DNA of 64,000 bases, taken from NCBI GenBank assembly GCA_024679065.1, contig JAGIQG010000012.1:38812001-38876000 (forward strand), read 5' to 3'. The notes under the pieces are model-generated. The model saw only the letters and a program-made list of their open reading frames with translations, made no database searches and was not told the DNA's origin. Every line of letters starts with the position of its first letter. Position 1 is the stretch's first letter. A program made the position numbers and the translations under genes. Origin of the DNA: Sphyrna mokarran (taxonomy: Eukaryota). Below, in pieces: positions 36,061 through 50,002 of this stretch.

Positions 36061-38649
36061 CAGAAAAAATGATGCAACATTCCTGTCCTTACAAAAACAG
36101 CGTATCATCCTACATTGAGTGAATATGCTATGAGAAATCTGCCAATATTTTATTGAATTTATGCTTTCTGTTTCACTCTTTCTGTTTTTGTCTTTGTCAG
36201 TTTTACTGTTTACTTCATTATATTCACTGTCTGATCACGTTTCACTAAAGATTCAGAGGACTGTGTGAAGCATGCCTTTCTTAATTGTATTTTTTTATTT
36301 TTTCCCTTTGATAGGATCACTAACATTCAGTCCTTATCTAGGGCAATGTCTGGTTAGTTGAACGTGACCTTTGAATTTTCTTAGTATCCATGTGACAGGG
36401 GCTGAAAGTGAAACCTGGGATGCTATTATGCACTGTTGACTTGCAAAAAGCTTCTTTAGAGGCATTATTATATTCAGAAGCTGATTCTGATGTCTGGAGG
36501 TGTAATATGAGCTTTATTCTGGATAAGCAACTATTCCAGATCTAATGGGCATTTAAAATGGGCATTGTTAACATGAATGGTGTGTCTGTGGAACAAATCC
36601 ATGTCCTTCTAAATGCCAGCTCAAAATTTGCCTCACTAAATGGATTGCCATCAAGTTGGTATCAGTGCCCCAATTTAAATGCTTGCAGTTAATATTCTTG
36701 TGATCTAATTTGTGATGATGATGGTCCAATTTGTGAAATAATACATTACCATCATTCAACACTCAGCTACCATGTTTTCTTCGACGATATTATTGCTTTT
36801 AGGACTAGGAACAGTAGGGTAAGATTCTCCAGTGACTCATTTTAAAAAATATGGTGTATGTCATTACAATGGAATAGCATGCAATTGCTTCTGTCGTTCA
36901 AAACTGAAACTAGTGGAAAATAGAATAAAATATTTGCATTGTTTTAGTAAATGTAATAAAAGTAATGTTTATGTTTTCTCTTTTTGCCTTACTTCCCTTT
37001 CATGCCTTATCCATAATGGAGAGGGGAAGAATCATCAGTCACTAAAACTCTGCATTCAGGCAGTGCTGCATTTTGGTTCATCCACCAGGAGGTGCTTTTG
37101 AGCAGTGAGGAAGGGACTCAAAGCAGCTCCCCCCTCCCCCAGCTCCAGAGGACCCAGTTTAATCTGTTTTCTCCTGATGTCTGAAAGTGAGATTGGTCTC
37201 TCTAGGGATTTCCAGAATGTGAACAGTCCAGACTCAGATTTGAACTCTGGACTCCCATTTGAAAGCTCTTTGCAGGGTTGTGCTGTCAGGCCACCCCAGT
37301 GAAAAGTAATTCGGAAAGAAGCAAATTATTACTAAGTGCCACTTTTGGACTTAGTAGATGTATGTAACCATTCCTGGTAACTGAGTGTGGTTAGATACAA
37401 GCCTTTTGCTTGATCTTGACCTATTGCTTGGAACAGGATTCCACTTTGTTTTGCATTTTTTTCAAGGCTGTGATCAAACCTGTTTACAATTTCTCAGGTG
37501 CTTCATGTCTGGGAACTGCAGTGACCCTCCCACGCAAAGTACTGTGCAAACTGATGACAACATTTTCACTAATGGAGACAGTCACTATCCTTCCCTCACC
37601 ACATCTCAGCATATGAAGGAGACTGGCAGCTCTGGTAGCAGAGTAGTAGGGGGAATTTGGAAATGGAATGTATAACCATCCATGGTAATGTTGTTTATAA
37701 TGTTTCTTGATGTCACTAAAGAAGCTAGAAATACATTTTGTCACCATTTATATACCTCATGTACAATATCTGTTCTTGATACTTGTAGAAAATGGACAAT
37801 CTGTAGCTCAGCTGGAAAACTAAGGTTAACTTTCAAACTTGTTGAGTTCTAAAAATAGAATTCTGTATGTAACTTTTATATTGGAGGTAACACTAGAATT
37901 CTTCTCTTTCCTGCTTCCCTCCATTATTGTCACTGTAATTTCTGTGGACCTGGCTTGCCTTTTGACTCTGCAAAGTTTGTGGTTCAAGCCCTACTTTCTT
38001 TTGGTCTCTGGATAATTGGAGTCTGGGGGTAACTCCTACCCCCACCTCCACCTTACACTATGAGATTCTAAGAAGTCCCAATTTCCAAGGAGCCCACTCC
38101 TTCGAAATTGTCTAGAAAATTTGAACTTACGATGAGCAGTTCCTCTCCTCTTCAATCCTCTGAAAAAGTCTCCAACTTTTTTTTAAGAATTGGAGACTTT
38201 GACAGCTTTGATTTATTAACCTGGATAAATGCTGCCCAATTAAAACCTACACTAATCCTTGGTAACTATAGAATTGACTCCTTGACCTGACTGGCCTAAC
38301 CCATCCCAATCCAATTGATGACATTGACCCTTCCCCAACTCCTGACTCTCTATCCACCCCACCTGATCACCTTATCCACTTGCCCACCCTAACTTCCCAC
38401 TAATTTTCTCTCTATAGCTTTTTAAAGAAGCTTTGGGACCTTTATACTCTTTATTTCCCAGGACATGGTATCTAGTACCAGGAAAAAAAAAGGGTGTAGT
38501 TTCTGCATGGATTTCTCTGCCGCTACCTCAGGTTTCCTGCGTTGACTGAGTTTGACTGAATCAATTGAGTTTGTGTCTTTATATGCCCTGTTTGTGAGCA
38601 GAACTCCCACATGCTGTGGAAGTTAGTGACTTCTGCTACCATATAAATC

Positions 38650-38688
38650 TATTGGACTTTAACCTGGTGTTGTGAAACTTCTTGACTG
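38650..38688. mobile_element. Penelope-like arm fragment
   Basis: TTGGACTTTAACCTGGTGTTGTGA matches the right arm of 29582-29758. Confidence 0.7.
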
Positions 38689-38699
38689 AGTTCTGCCCG

Positions 38700-39100
38700 A
38701 TCCTGCATCAGAAGAGTCAGAATAGGGGTTTCAAATCCAATGGAAGACTTAGGCTGTAATCTAAGATGACACTTCAATGCAGTGGCGACAGAGTGCTGCA
38801 TTGTGAGAGTTGTCATCTTTTAGTTAGGGCATTAAACCAGGTCTCTGTCTGCCTGTTCAGCTGTAAAAGAATTTATGGCACTGCTTGAAGAAGAAAGTTA
38901 TTACAAGTAACATTTGTCCCTCAATCAATAATTCCAAAAGTTAACTGGTCTTGAATCACATTGCTGTTTGTATTGCTTTGTGCAAATGACTGTCACATTT
39001 GCAGTGCTGGAACTATTATGTAAGTAAAGGTCATTTTCTTAGTTGTGAAGTTGCATAAGACACCGTGGAATCATTTGAGATGATGTATAAATAAATTCTA
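38700..39100 (+). mobile_element. Deu-domain SINE (SacSINE1/AmnSINE1-like), decayed
   Basis: TGTAAAAGAATTTATGGCACTGCTTGAAGAAGA...TCCCTCAA...TCACATTGCTGTTTGT resembles the Deu domain. Confidence 0.65.
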
Positions 39101-39321
39101 AAATAAAGCTTTGACCTCTTAATGAACAGGTTTCTTGTGCCATCTTACAGTTATAATATTTCAAGTTCTCTTCCTCCCACAAACCCAAGATTTCTCTTGC
39201 TGTGTAATTGGTAAGAGCCAAAAATGTTTTAATTTCTAAGTGGAATATTACTTAAAGTGATGTCATCTTAATATCTTGATTTCTGAGCCATGACACCAGA
39301 AATAAACTTCATTAAATTGAC

Positions 39322-39522
39322 TAAAAGCAAAATACTGAGAATGCTGGAAATCTGAAATTTCAACAGGAAGTGCTGGAGGAATCAGCAGGTCTGGCTGCAT
39401 CTATGGAGAAAAACTAAGTTAACATTTTGAAGAAGTTGTAAGGACTTAACAGTAACTTGGTTTCTCTCTCCACAGATGCTGCCAGACCTGCTGCGCTTTC
39501 CAGTATTTTCTATTTTTATATT
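39322..39522. mobile_element. Penelope-like palindromic element
   Basis: CAGCAGGTCTGGCTGCATCTATGGAGA and TCTCCACAGATGCTGCCAGACCTGCTG form inverted arms. Confidence 0.75.
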
Positions 39523-39531
39523 TAAATTGAG

Positions 39532-39690
39532 CTTCACTGTCACAGGATCCAAATCCTGGAATTTGCTTCCTAACAGCACTGTACACGGAGATTGCAATGG
39601 TTCAAGAAGGTAGCACACCAGCACCTCTTGAGAGCATTTAGAGATAGGCAATAAATGCTGGTTTGGTTAGCAACAGTCATGTCTCATGAA
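39532..39690 (+). mobile_element. LINE 3'-end fragment, same family as 35880-36060
   Basis: Direct similarity between the two copies. Confidence 0.7.
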
Positions 39691-40976
39691 CACATTTTTA
39701 AAATCCTTTTGGTTCTGGGCCAACTTGAGCAAAAGTTGCTAACTAAACAAAACGGTCAACATTTGGCGAATATAACAGCATTATAAACTTTCAAGTTGGT
39801 GACCTGTTTGCTGATCATCAGTGACCAAAGTCACTGTTCTTGGGCTCTGTTTCATTGTAAACTGCTGTGAATACCTCCACATAGCATTGGTGCCACTATC
39901 TGCTAGAAAGTATCTGTTAAAGACTGAATAGGATATTTGGGGATTTTTTAGAGTGCATATTTTGCATTATTAAATGATGATTTTCCTTTGTATGCTGTAA
40001 AATGTTAACTCAGTTTGGTACGGTGCTGTAAAGCAAATGATTTCTGTAATTTATGTTGATTCCATTCAAATAAATATTTACTTTGAGGGAACATTTAAAA
40101 GTTCCATTCCTCATAATTTGCCTTTGCATTGTAACAATGGAAGAAAAGTTTACATTACAGATTTACAGATTGTGGTTGTTACTCCATCAGCCCACCCCAC
40201 CCCCACCAAACCAAAAGCACTAACATAAAAGAGCTGGAAAGGTCACTGCTGGTAACAGTAACATTGAGCTTGGTAATTTAGGATTTCTTTATTTTTGCTG
40301 TTAGTCTGTGCCATTCCTATATTCAGGTTCTTCTTCTGTTTCATAAAATGCCTGATTCTGCTCTTGGCATGTATAGCTATTATTAGCAAGTGTCCATCTG
40401 AGAGTGGCGCTTTTAGCTGCCATTTAAGTATTTGACACTTGGTTTATAGCAGATTAAATGAAATTTTAGGCTGGTTTGGCTTCACTGAAGGTAGACAAAA
40501 GGAACAGCTGCCATGGAAATGTAATCTAGCATTAAGTACAGGGTGCCATGACTGACATATTACTTAAAAAAAAACAAAATTAAAGACCTAATGTGCAGGT
40601 GAATGGTTTAGACTTTTGTCAATTGAAATCCTTTTTTTGGGGACGAGTAATTTTGAATTTTTTTGCAATTGTCCAACTCTGGAGAGGAGAGAATTTGTGT
40701 TCAGGTTGCCAGATCCTCCTGCTACAAGTATGCTGTAGGAGTTGGCTAGCTAATCATTTAAAATGCAAAATAATTTTCTGAATATCCAGTGAAAGGACAG
40801 TCAATAGTAATAGTTGGCTGCACAGTGGGAGCGTGCAGACACAACTGTTGCATGCTGCAGAGCTGCACCATAGTGTTTATTTTAAACACAGGTATGTGGG
40901 CAGTTTGTTGAATTGCAGCCTGCTGGGGCCTTCTGGGATACACACCTTTCAATTTCTTGTTTGGAATAAATGATAT

Positions 40977-41065
40977 TAAGAACATAAGAACATAAACAGG
41001 AGCAGGAGTAGGCCTTTCAGCTCTTCGAATTTGTACTGCCATTCAGTAAGTTCATGGCTGATCTT
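40977..41065 (-). mobile_element. CR1-type 3' tail fragment
   Basis: TAAGAACATAAGAACATA tail repeat followed by GGAGCAGGAGTAGGCC...CCATTCA...CATGGCTGATC; weaker copy at ~41237-41300. Confidence 0.7.
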
Positions 41066-41869
41066 CTACCACATCTCCACCACACTTTATAATGTTTCTC
41101 TTGCCAGTTTTTTACATGGTAAATATAGAATTCATTTGTTTTACTTTCCAACGAAAATATGTCCCTTACTTTAAAAAGAACACAGGGCAATCAGTCAGCT
41201 TTAAATTGCTGATCATTGTACAAAGGGCATATATTCAAGGATGGGCCATTCAGCTCCTCAAGCATGTTCTCCCATTCAATCTGGTCGTGGCTAACCTGCA
41301 TCTGTACAAAGGAATTGAAATTCATGAAATACCCCCTTTTTTTTAAGATTTGAATAAGAGTCACAGTTACCAAATATGGGGGCTGGTAAACCACAATTTG
41401 ATCATTAAAAAAAAATGTAACTTTTATCCCATTAAAACACAAATAGGCGTATACTTTAAAAGTTTAAGCTGCCTGTAGGTGCACCACAAATTGGACATTA
41501 GCAACTGTGGCCTACGATTTTCTGACCATTCATTTGAACAAAAAATCATGGGTAGAATCCTCCCTAAATTTTTGAAATGCTCCATCTGCGATGCCGAGTC
41601 AAAAAGTTACTCCAATGACCCTGTGGAGACAGTTAAGCAGGAGTTCTAACCTCTAGCTAGCACCAAAATTTGTAACAATCATCTAGTGCTAGGTAAGAAG
41701 ATGGGTCAAGAATTGGATGTATGCTGATTCTGGGTGATCTATTGCACGGAATGCTTCAGAAAAGAGACCTGGAAGAAAGGTTTATTTAGTCTATGTAAAT
41801 TATATGGATTAGGAAATACATAATAAACTGGTTATCTTTGCACATCGTGCTAAACGTGGATGGAGGAAG

Positions 41870-42860
41870 GAGGTTAATAGCGCTGGATAAAGCAGCAAGA
41901 AGCTACAGAAGGACCTGAACAATAGGTAAATGAGAAAATCTATATGGCAGCTATATTTCAAAAAAGATCTGTGCAAAATCTTACACATTGGTGTGAAATG
42001 TTGGGGCATGCTAAATGAATGGTGTTCAAGTAATAGGGATGAGGCTGAAGGAGATCTCAGAATACAGGTGATAGTTGATCATTGACTGTGTTTAATTATC
42101 ACACAACAGCAGTTTTTAAAAAAAAACAAACAATGCTTAGATGTACACCAAGTCAGTAGGGACCTCTGTGCCATTGAAGCTTTTTAATGGTTCTACATTT
42201 TCATTATATTTTTATGGTCACTGAGCAAGCAAAATATCCAAGTATTTCAAAAGCTGCAGAAAATCACCACTAAACTGACTTGTGACAAAGGATCAGCGTT
42301 ATAAAGAAAGTGTAGAAAATCTTGGGACTTTTCAGCCTGGGGTGTGTGGAGAAAAGATGACTGAGAGGATCAGATCTCTTTCAGCTTCATCCCAACTGGC
42401 TGAACACCACTGATTTATCATGGCTCAATATTTTGTTCCAATGTGTAAGATTTTGTGTTGATCTGTATTGAAATACATTGAGCCAAATAAAATACACTGG
42501 AAGTTCTGTTGAAAGGTCATTGACCTGAAATTTTAATTCTGTTTCTCTTCACAGATGCTGCCTGACCCGCTGGGTTTTTCCAGATTTTTAGTTCTATATT
42601 ATTTTAAGTAAAATATTCAGTGGAATAATGCAGATTAAATCCTCAGCAGTCTTTCAAGTTAAACCGCAACTGGTATGCAAGAGGACTTAACTATGAAGTC
42701 AAGGCAATTTCAGGACTGATGTCAAGAGGCATATCTTCAAACAAAGTGGTGAATAACACTGAAGAAGATAGTAGACGTAGCAACTCTGGAATTATTGGAG
42801 AATCACTTGGATGATGTGAGGGGGAAGTTGTTGATCTCTCTGGAACGAGCTAAATGGCTT
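41870..42860 (+). mobile_element. Ancient CR1 RT C-terminal remnant, interrupted
   Basis: Degenerate equivalents of LQxDL, KCKILHIG and ERDLG, with a GAGCTAAATGGC tail. Confidence 0.5.
42499..42600 (+). mobile_element. Penelope-like end with degenerate hammerhead
   Basis: GTT-CTGTTGA-A-AGGTC-ATT-GACCT-GAAA-TTTT-AATTC followed by CAGATGCTGCCTGACCCGCTG. Confidence 0.65.
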
Positions 42861-43517
42861 CTGTGTACTTCAGTGACAAAATTACTATGATGAGAGAAAA
42901 ATTATAAATATATCAATATATTTCCTACTGAATCAGCGCTATGAACAGTGTGGTTCAGGGAGAGTATATGCAGCACCATTTTATGATAAATTGCTAACAT
43001 TTCACTTGAGCTGATTTGTTCTTTTAGATGAATTTTTGGATCCGATGTACTGGACTGGATGGGCCAGATTTAGTTGGCTGTCTAGTCACTGTGTTCTGTT
43101 TACCATCCTCAGTTCCTTATCCATGTATTGTTAGGTTAACCTTCAGCCAGTCAAGACATTGTGATAAATAAAAGTAGCTATAGAATTACTGAGAGCTGAT
43201 GACAAAAATATGTGCTGAGTGCATGCCTGTGGACTTGCAGTATTCATTTTTTGATGGAAAGGCTAAACAACCAATCACTGAGCTCCTCCTATTTTGCTTC
43301 TCCCATCTTGGTTCAGATTTTGTAGTCGACAAGAGTAAATAAATTCTGTCGAGAATTTGAATACAAGTTTTTTGCTGCCTCCAGGGAATTTGCCAGTGAT
43401 GTTTGGATTTCTTTTCACATCTGTTCTGGTTCTTTAGATTATAAATACATGTGTGGGAATGAGTGGCGTCTAAAGGTCAGGTAAGATTTCTGACTAACAA
43501 TAAACTGGGCAGTTCAT

Positions 43518-44049
43518 TTATTACCTCCACCATTGAAGATGGGCAGAGGTAATGTTTTTGCCCTGTTTGTTAGTCTGTTTGAAAACAATATATCTTGAAA
43601 CCTAATAGTCAGATTACAGTAAAACTTGCTACACTAATAGGATATGGCCAAGAAAGAACTGATCTTGTTTTTTGTTGAAGACGCAAATCTGGATCCATAT
43701 CCTGTATGTTTCTTTAAAGGATTTGTTAACATTGAGCAATAGGTTAAATAGATTTTGTTTTAAGATGATGCTGCTTGTTTTAGAATTGTCTGAACTGCCC
43801 TACATCAATTTGTCACAGCTGCCAAATGTGAGCAGAGTTTTCAGAGCAGGTTGCTGGATGTAGTTTGGTCTGAAGCTTCCTCAATGAGATGGAAACCTTT
43901 GATGTCAAGATTTTTCTTTACCTTTGTAGTTATAGAGCATCAATCAGGCAGGGAAAAGCCTCAAGGAAGAGCTTTGTAATTGTAACAATGTTGAGTTAAC
44001 ACAGTATAACGGAGGTTATGTGCTCTACTGAGTATCCTCTTCACTTGTT
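43518..44049 (+). mobile_element. Non-autonomous Helentron-like (HINE-type) element
   Basis: 5' TTATTACCTCC with nearby inverted GAGGTAAT (43546-43553); 3' GGAGGT (44011) followed by the short stem-loop GTGCTC-TACT-GAGTAT. Confidence 0.6.
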
Positions 44050-46094
44050 TCAATCTTTATTCATTTGTTGAAACTTCTTGCACCTTTCCCTGGCAAATAA
44101 CCAAAAGGAGTGCAAGTAAATTATAAACAAGTAGACGGAAAGAACGTAGGTGTGTTTAACACTTAACAAAAGAAACTAATGATTGAAAAAATTTAGAGAC
44201 AGCAAAAAGTTGTTTTTGATTAGCTTTTGAGGAAAAAGCAACTTGTATTAACTTATTAAAATGTTTGCATCCATCTATGTCAAGTTGTTAGAGACCAAAA
44301 TAAGGCTTGATCTCGGATTCTCTTTGTCCTTCTCTCTAGGGCAATGAGTCTAGCCAGTTAGTTTACATATAAACACCATAGATGAAATTTTCTCAAAGTT
44401 TTTAGTATCATAAGGATGAAAATGGGAGTCTTCTGCACCAGTCTTTTTGATGAGCCGGCACTCTGTCAATTTTTCTGACAGGTGGGAGCTTTGCATCAGA
44501 ATAGGAGCATGGAGCCTAAGCACGCCAGGGAAGCCATCTACAGAGCACTCAGGCACCATTACAGCAGGCTCCCCAATCTGCTGGTGAACCGGGTGATCCC
44601 TGTCCTGTCATCATTGGTAGCATTGTCATTGCCACACACCACTACCACCACCCACCCCCTCTCCCCTGACTTTTGAGCATCAGGACCTTCATGATGAGTT
44701 GCCTTGTGGACTCCTGACATGTCCCCCTCCTTGTACAATCATTCCCCTTGCATATGTCCTTCAGGTTATTGTGCATAGCCCCACCCCATTGCCACTGCCT
44801 TAGCACACTTGTGGAGTTGCCCAACTGTACACTACCACGGTATGAGCATATGATGCATTTGTATACGAACTTAGTTGATTTGTGTCTCTTTTTTACGTCT
44901 ATTTTCTGGGCTGTATATCCCGGCCCCATGGAAACGAGTCTGGAGATGGGACTGGGATCAGATTCTGAAAGTATCATGTGAGATTCACTTTGCAATGCTT
45001 TTGCTGTCAGCCGCGCTTAATGTGACATGAGCCACCTGCTTGGTAGGGGTGACTAGCCAGTTTACCTGGCATTGGTCCACTCCTGCTGAATCAGGAGATT
45101 GAAGGCACTTCCTGGCTGTAGCCTGCAAAGAATCATTGTGCCTCCACTCCGTCATCCTAGCATAAAGCTAGGCTGATAGAGTTGTGGTGCATTGACTATA
45201 GCGATGGCTCCACAAGGATAATCTGACAGCTGGGACAATCTGGGACTTTTCATTTTAGTCCTAGTACTGCAGAGACTATCTCTGTTTTCAGGCACCCTTG
45301 CATGATCCCTGGCTGCCTCTTCGGCACCCACCTCTCCTGCCAGCTGGCCATTGCTACAGACTCTTCTGGTGAGCTTCCCTTTTTCCCTGCTCAGCTTCCT
45401 TAACTGGGCAGGATTCCTGGATGCAACATCTTAATTGGTATTGGCACTGATGTTGAGCTTCAACCCAACCGGGAAAATTAGGTCCTGTTTCTCTGTACGA
45501 GTGTCTCCGCCTATGTCATTGTTAGGCAATGTTTTTGTTTCTGCACTATTCATATTGTTACCCCTTTCCTCTCAAATCTGCCTTGCATTCACTTATACAC
45601 TTATTATTCTACCTTCCTGACATCAGTGGCTCTGCTCTTTTCTATTCCCCCAGAGGTCCTATCTACACTTTCTCTCTCTGTTCTGGTAAGCACTTTGTTT
45701 AATTTTGTCCCCTTTTAAATTATCTGAAGGTGTACTACCTTTATGAAAAAGTGATTAGCTTTATTGGTGAACACTTTCACAGTCGCTTCCATTATATCAT
45801 TTATTGGGGTAATGATGTCAGACAATTCTTCACAAACAAAAATAAAAAGCTTTCACAAAGACAATGCTTCTTTAAATCCCTCTCAAGTGTTTGGATTCAG
45901 TGTTGGACTGATTTAGTCAGCTTAAATTCATAAGAAAATCAGAGCATGAGTGAGAAAATTAATTGTGTTGAGATTTTCAGAGAAACAATTGTCCTGTGTG
46001 TGTGTTGTGGAGGGGCTCAGTTGTCATAAAAATGCAAAGGGAATTTATTTTGGGTACAGCAAAATAAGCTGGAACAAACTTGATTCTTCTATTT

Positions 46095-46336
46095 GTGATT
46101 TAATTTATTATTGTCATATGTTTACAGCAAAAAGTATTGTTTCTTGTGTGCTATTCAGACAAAGCATGCTGAATGTAGCGCAGGAAAGGAGAGAGTGCAG
46201 AATATAATGTTACAGCCATAGCTAAAGACCAACTTGATGCGAGATAGGTCATTCAAAAGTTTGATGGCAGCAGGGAAAGATGTTCTTAAGATGGTTGATA
46301 CGTGACCTCAGATTTTTGTGTCTTTTTCCTGACCGA
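46095..46336 (-). mobile_element. Rex1/Babar fragment, left of the CR1 insertion
   Basis: Aligns with 28961-29170, e.g. GGAAAGGAGAGAGTG and CATTCAAAAGTYTGATGGCAGCAGGGAA. Confidence 0.8.
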
Positions 46337-49206
46337 CATGCCATTATAGTGGCAAACGGAAGGGTGGTTTGAAGTGTGTATACTTTAATGCGAGGAGCAT
46401 ACGCAATAAGGTGGATGAACTTGAAGCCTGGATTGGTGCTTGGGACTTCGATGTTGTGGCCATTTCAGAGACGTGGATAGAGCAGGGGCAGGAATGGTTG
46501 TTGCAGGTTGCGGGGTTCAGATGTTTCAGTCAGAGCAGAGGTGGTGGTAGAAGAGGGGGAGAAGTGGCATTGTTAGTTAAGGACAGCATTACGGTGGCAG
46601 AAAAGACGTTTGATGTGGACTTGTCTGCTGAGGTAGTGTGGGCTGAGATTAGAAACAAGAAAGGAGAGGTCACACTGTTGGGAGTTTTTTATAGGCCTCC
46701 AAAAAAGTTCCAGAGAAGTAGAGGAAGGGATTGCAAAGTTGATCCTGGATAGGTGTGAAAGTAACAGTGTAGTTGTAATGGGGGACTTTAACTTTTCTAA
46801 TATCGATTGGAAAAGCTATAGTTCAAGTACGTTAGAGGGGTCAGTTTTTGTTCAATGTGTGCAAGAAGGTTTCATGACTCAGTATGTAGATAGGCCAACA
46901 AGAGGTGAGGCTATATTGGATTTGGTACTGGGTAATGAACCAGACCAGATGTTAGACTTGGAGGTGGGTGAGCACTTTGGTGATAGTGACCACAATTCGG
47001 TTACATTTACCTTAGTGTTGGAAAGGGATGGGCACATACTGAATAACAGTAGTTATAGCTGGGGGAAAGGTAATTATGAGGCTATTAGGAGAGATTTAGG
47101 ATGCATAGGGTGGAGCAGGAAATTGCAGGGGCGGGGGACATCTGAAATGTGGAGCATATTTAAGGAACAGCTTCTGCATGTCCTTAATGAATATGTACCT
47201 GCCAGGCAGGGAGGAAGTGGTCGAGTGAGGGAACCATGGTGTACTAGGGAAGTTGAATCTCTGGTGAAGAGGAAGAAAGAGGCTTATATAATGATGAGAC
47301 GTGAAGGCTCAGTTAGGGCAATGGAGAGCTATAAATCAGCCAGGAAGGAGCTAAAGAGGGAGTTGAGAAGAGCTAGAAGAGGACACGAGAAGACTTTGGC
47401 AGATAGGATTAAGGAGAATTCTAAAGCTTTTTACAGGTATATAAATAATAAAAGATTGGTTAGGGCAAGATTAGGGCCAGTCAGAGATAGCAGTGGGAAG
47501 TTGTGCGTAGAGCCTGAGGAGATAGGAGAGACACTGGATGAGTATTTTTCGTCAGTATTCACGCAGGAGAAAGACAATGTTGTCGGGGAGAATACTGCGA
47601 TACTAGGTTGTAGACTGGGCAGGATTGAGGTTCATAAGGAGGAGGTGTTAGCGAATATTGAGGGTATGAAAATTGATAAGTCCCCTGGGCCAGATGGGAT
47701 TTACCCTAGGATTCTCTGGGAGGCTAGAGAGGAGATTGCAGAGCCTTTGGCTTTGATCTTCATGTCGTCGTTAGCTACAGGTATAGTGCCGGAAGACTGG
47801 AGGATGGCAAATGTTGTCCCTTTGTTCAAAAAGGGGAGTGGGGACCATCCTGGAAATTATAGACCGGTGAGCCTGACTTCTGTTGTGGGCAATGTCTTGG
47901 AAAGAATTATAAGGGATAGGATTTATAAGCATCTAGAGAGGAATAAATTGATTAGGGATAGTCAGCACGGTTTTGTGAAGGGTAGGTCGTGCATCACAAA
48001 CCTTATTGAGTTTTTTGAGGAGGTGACCAAAGAGGTAGATAAGGGTAAGGCAGTTGATGTAGTGTATATGGATTTTAGCAAAGTGTTTGATAAGGTTTCC
48101 CATGGTAGGCTACTGCAGAAAGTGCAGATGCATGGGATTGAAGGTGATTTAGCAGTTTGGATTAGGAATTGGCTAGCTGATAGAAGACAGAGGGTGGTGG
48201 TTGATGGGAAATATTCAACCTGGAGTGCAGTGACAAGTGGTGTACCTCAAGGATCTGTTTTAGGGTCACTGCTGTTTGTCATTTTTATAAATGACCTAGA
48301 TGAGGGTGTAGAGGGGTGGATTAGTAAATTTGCTGACGATACCAAAGTGGGGGGAGTTGTAGACAGCGAGGATGGATGTTACAGTTTGCAGAGGGACATA
48401 GGTAGGTTGCAGAGCTGGGCCGTGAGGTGGCAACTGGAATTCAATACGGATAAGTGTGAGGTGATTCACTTTGGTAGGAATAACAGGCATTTGAAATATA
48501 GGGCTAATGGAAGGACCCTTAATAGCGTTGTCGAGCAGAGGGATCTTGGGGTACAAGTACATAGCTCTTTGAAAGTTGGCACCCAGGTTGATAAAGTTGT
48601 TAAGAAGGCAACAATGTGTTAGCTTTTATTGGTAGAGGGATTGAATTTAGGAGCCGTGAGGTTATGTTACAACTGTACAAAACTCTGGTGCGGCCGCACT
48701 TGGAGTATTGCGTACATTTCTGGTCGCCGCATTATAAGAAAGATGTGGAAGCATTGGAAAGGGTGCAGAGGAGGTTTACCAGGATGTTGCCTGGTATGGT
48801 GGGAAGGCCTTATGAGGAAAGGCTGAAGGACCTGAGGTTATTTTCATTAGAGAGAAGAAGGTTACGCGGTGACCTAATTGAGGCGTTATAAGATGATCAA
48901 GGGATTGGATAGGGTGGATAGTGAGAGCCTTTTTCCTCGGATGGTGATGACCAACACGAGGGGACATAACTTTAATTAAGAGGTGGTAGTTATAGGACGG
49001 ATGTCAGAGGCAGGTTCTTTACACAGAGGGTGGTGAGGGCGTGGAATGCCCTGCCTGCAGCAGTTGTGGACTCGCCCACTTTGGGGGCATTCAAATGGTC
49101 AGTGGATAGGCATATGGATGATATTGGAATAGTTTAGGTTAGAGGGTCCACTCGCCGGCGCAACATTGAGGGCTGAAGGGCCTGTACTGCGCTGTAATGT
49201 TCTATG
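46337..49206 (+). mobile_element. CR1 LINE, 5'-truncated near the ORF2 start; APE endonuclease plus reverse transcriptase, frameshifted
   Basis: EN motifs YFNARS, ISETW, FYRPP, MGDFN, SDHN; RT motifs KSPGPDG, NYRPVSLTS, QHGF, GVPQGSVLG, FADD; frameshifts near 46703, 48611, 48886 and 48975; stop 49135-49137; short 3'UTR with stem-loop and TTCTATG tail. Confidence 0.96.
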
Positions 49207-49682
49207 AAGAGAATATATCTGGGTGCTTGGGGCTTTTAATTATTCTCTACTTTTCTGAGGCAGTGGGAAATGTAGATAGTGTCAGTGGGGGGAAGGCTGG
49301 TTTAAGTGATAGACTGGGCTTCGTTCACGACTCTTTGTAGTTTTTGCAGTCTTGGACTGAGCAGGGGTCATACCAAGCTATGATATTACCAAGAAAGAAT
49401 GCTTTCTATGGTACATCTTTAAAAGTTGGTGAAAATTGCAGCGGACATACCAAATTTTCTTTGTCTTCTGAGAAAGTAAATGCATTGGTGGGCTTTCTTA
49501 ACTATAGTGTCAGCATGTGGAGGAGTGAGTGAGGAACCATGACAGGTTGTTGGTGATCCAGACACCTAAAAACCTGAAGCTCTCAACCATTTCTACTGCA
49601 TTCCCATCGATGTAGATAGGGCACGTTTTCCATTACACTTCCTGATATCAGTGACTATCTCCTTTGTTTCGTTGACATTGAG
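49207..49682 (-). mobile_element. Rex1/Babar fragment, right of the CR1 insertion
   Basis: Aligns with 29180-29570, e.g. TGCAGTCTTGGA and CATACCAAGCT. Confidence 0.8.
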
Positions 49683-50002
49683 TTATCAAAATATATATCA
49701 TTTTCATTTGTTATTTACAATATTAACTATTTTTAGTGTTAATATGTTTTAAGTTTATGTTTCATTTCGATTGAAATGAAAGCTTTGAGATTAAATTAAT
49801 TATAGTGATGGAGGGAAGTTGCAAGCATGCAAATTGGGCTGAAAGAAACGTTTAAGATGGCAATAGTGTGAGGGGAGTCAAAATGGCTCTCTTCAATATA
49901 CATTCTTTATGGTTGATCCCTAAAGCCCTGAGAGAGATTCCTGGAAAGAGAAGAGAGGCTTATATCTGGGCAGTGAGCATGAGGACCAGATTGATCTTTA
50001 AG

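Noticed and set aside
44400-45485. GC-richer block with several short ORFs
   Set aside because: No recognisable protein motif or splice signals; probably an old DNA transposon relic (ends GGAAAATTAGGTCC) that I cannot classify.
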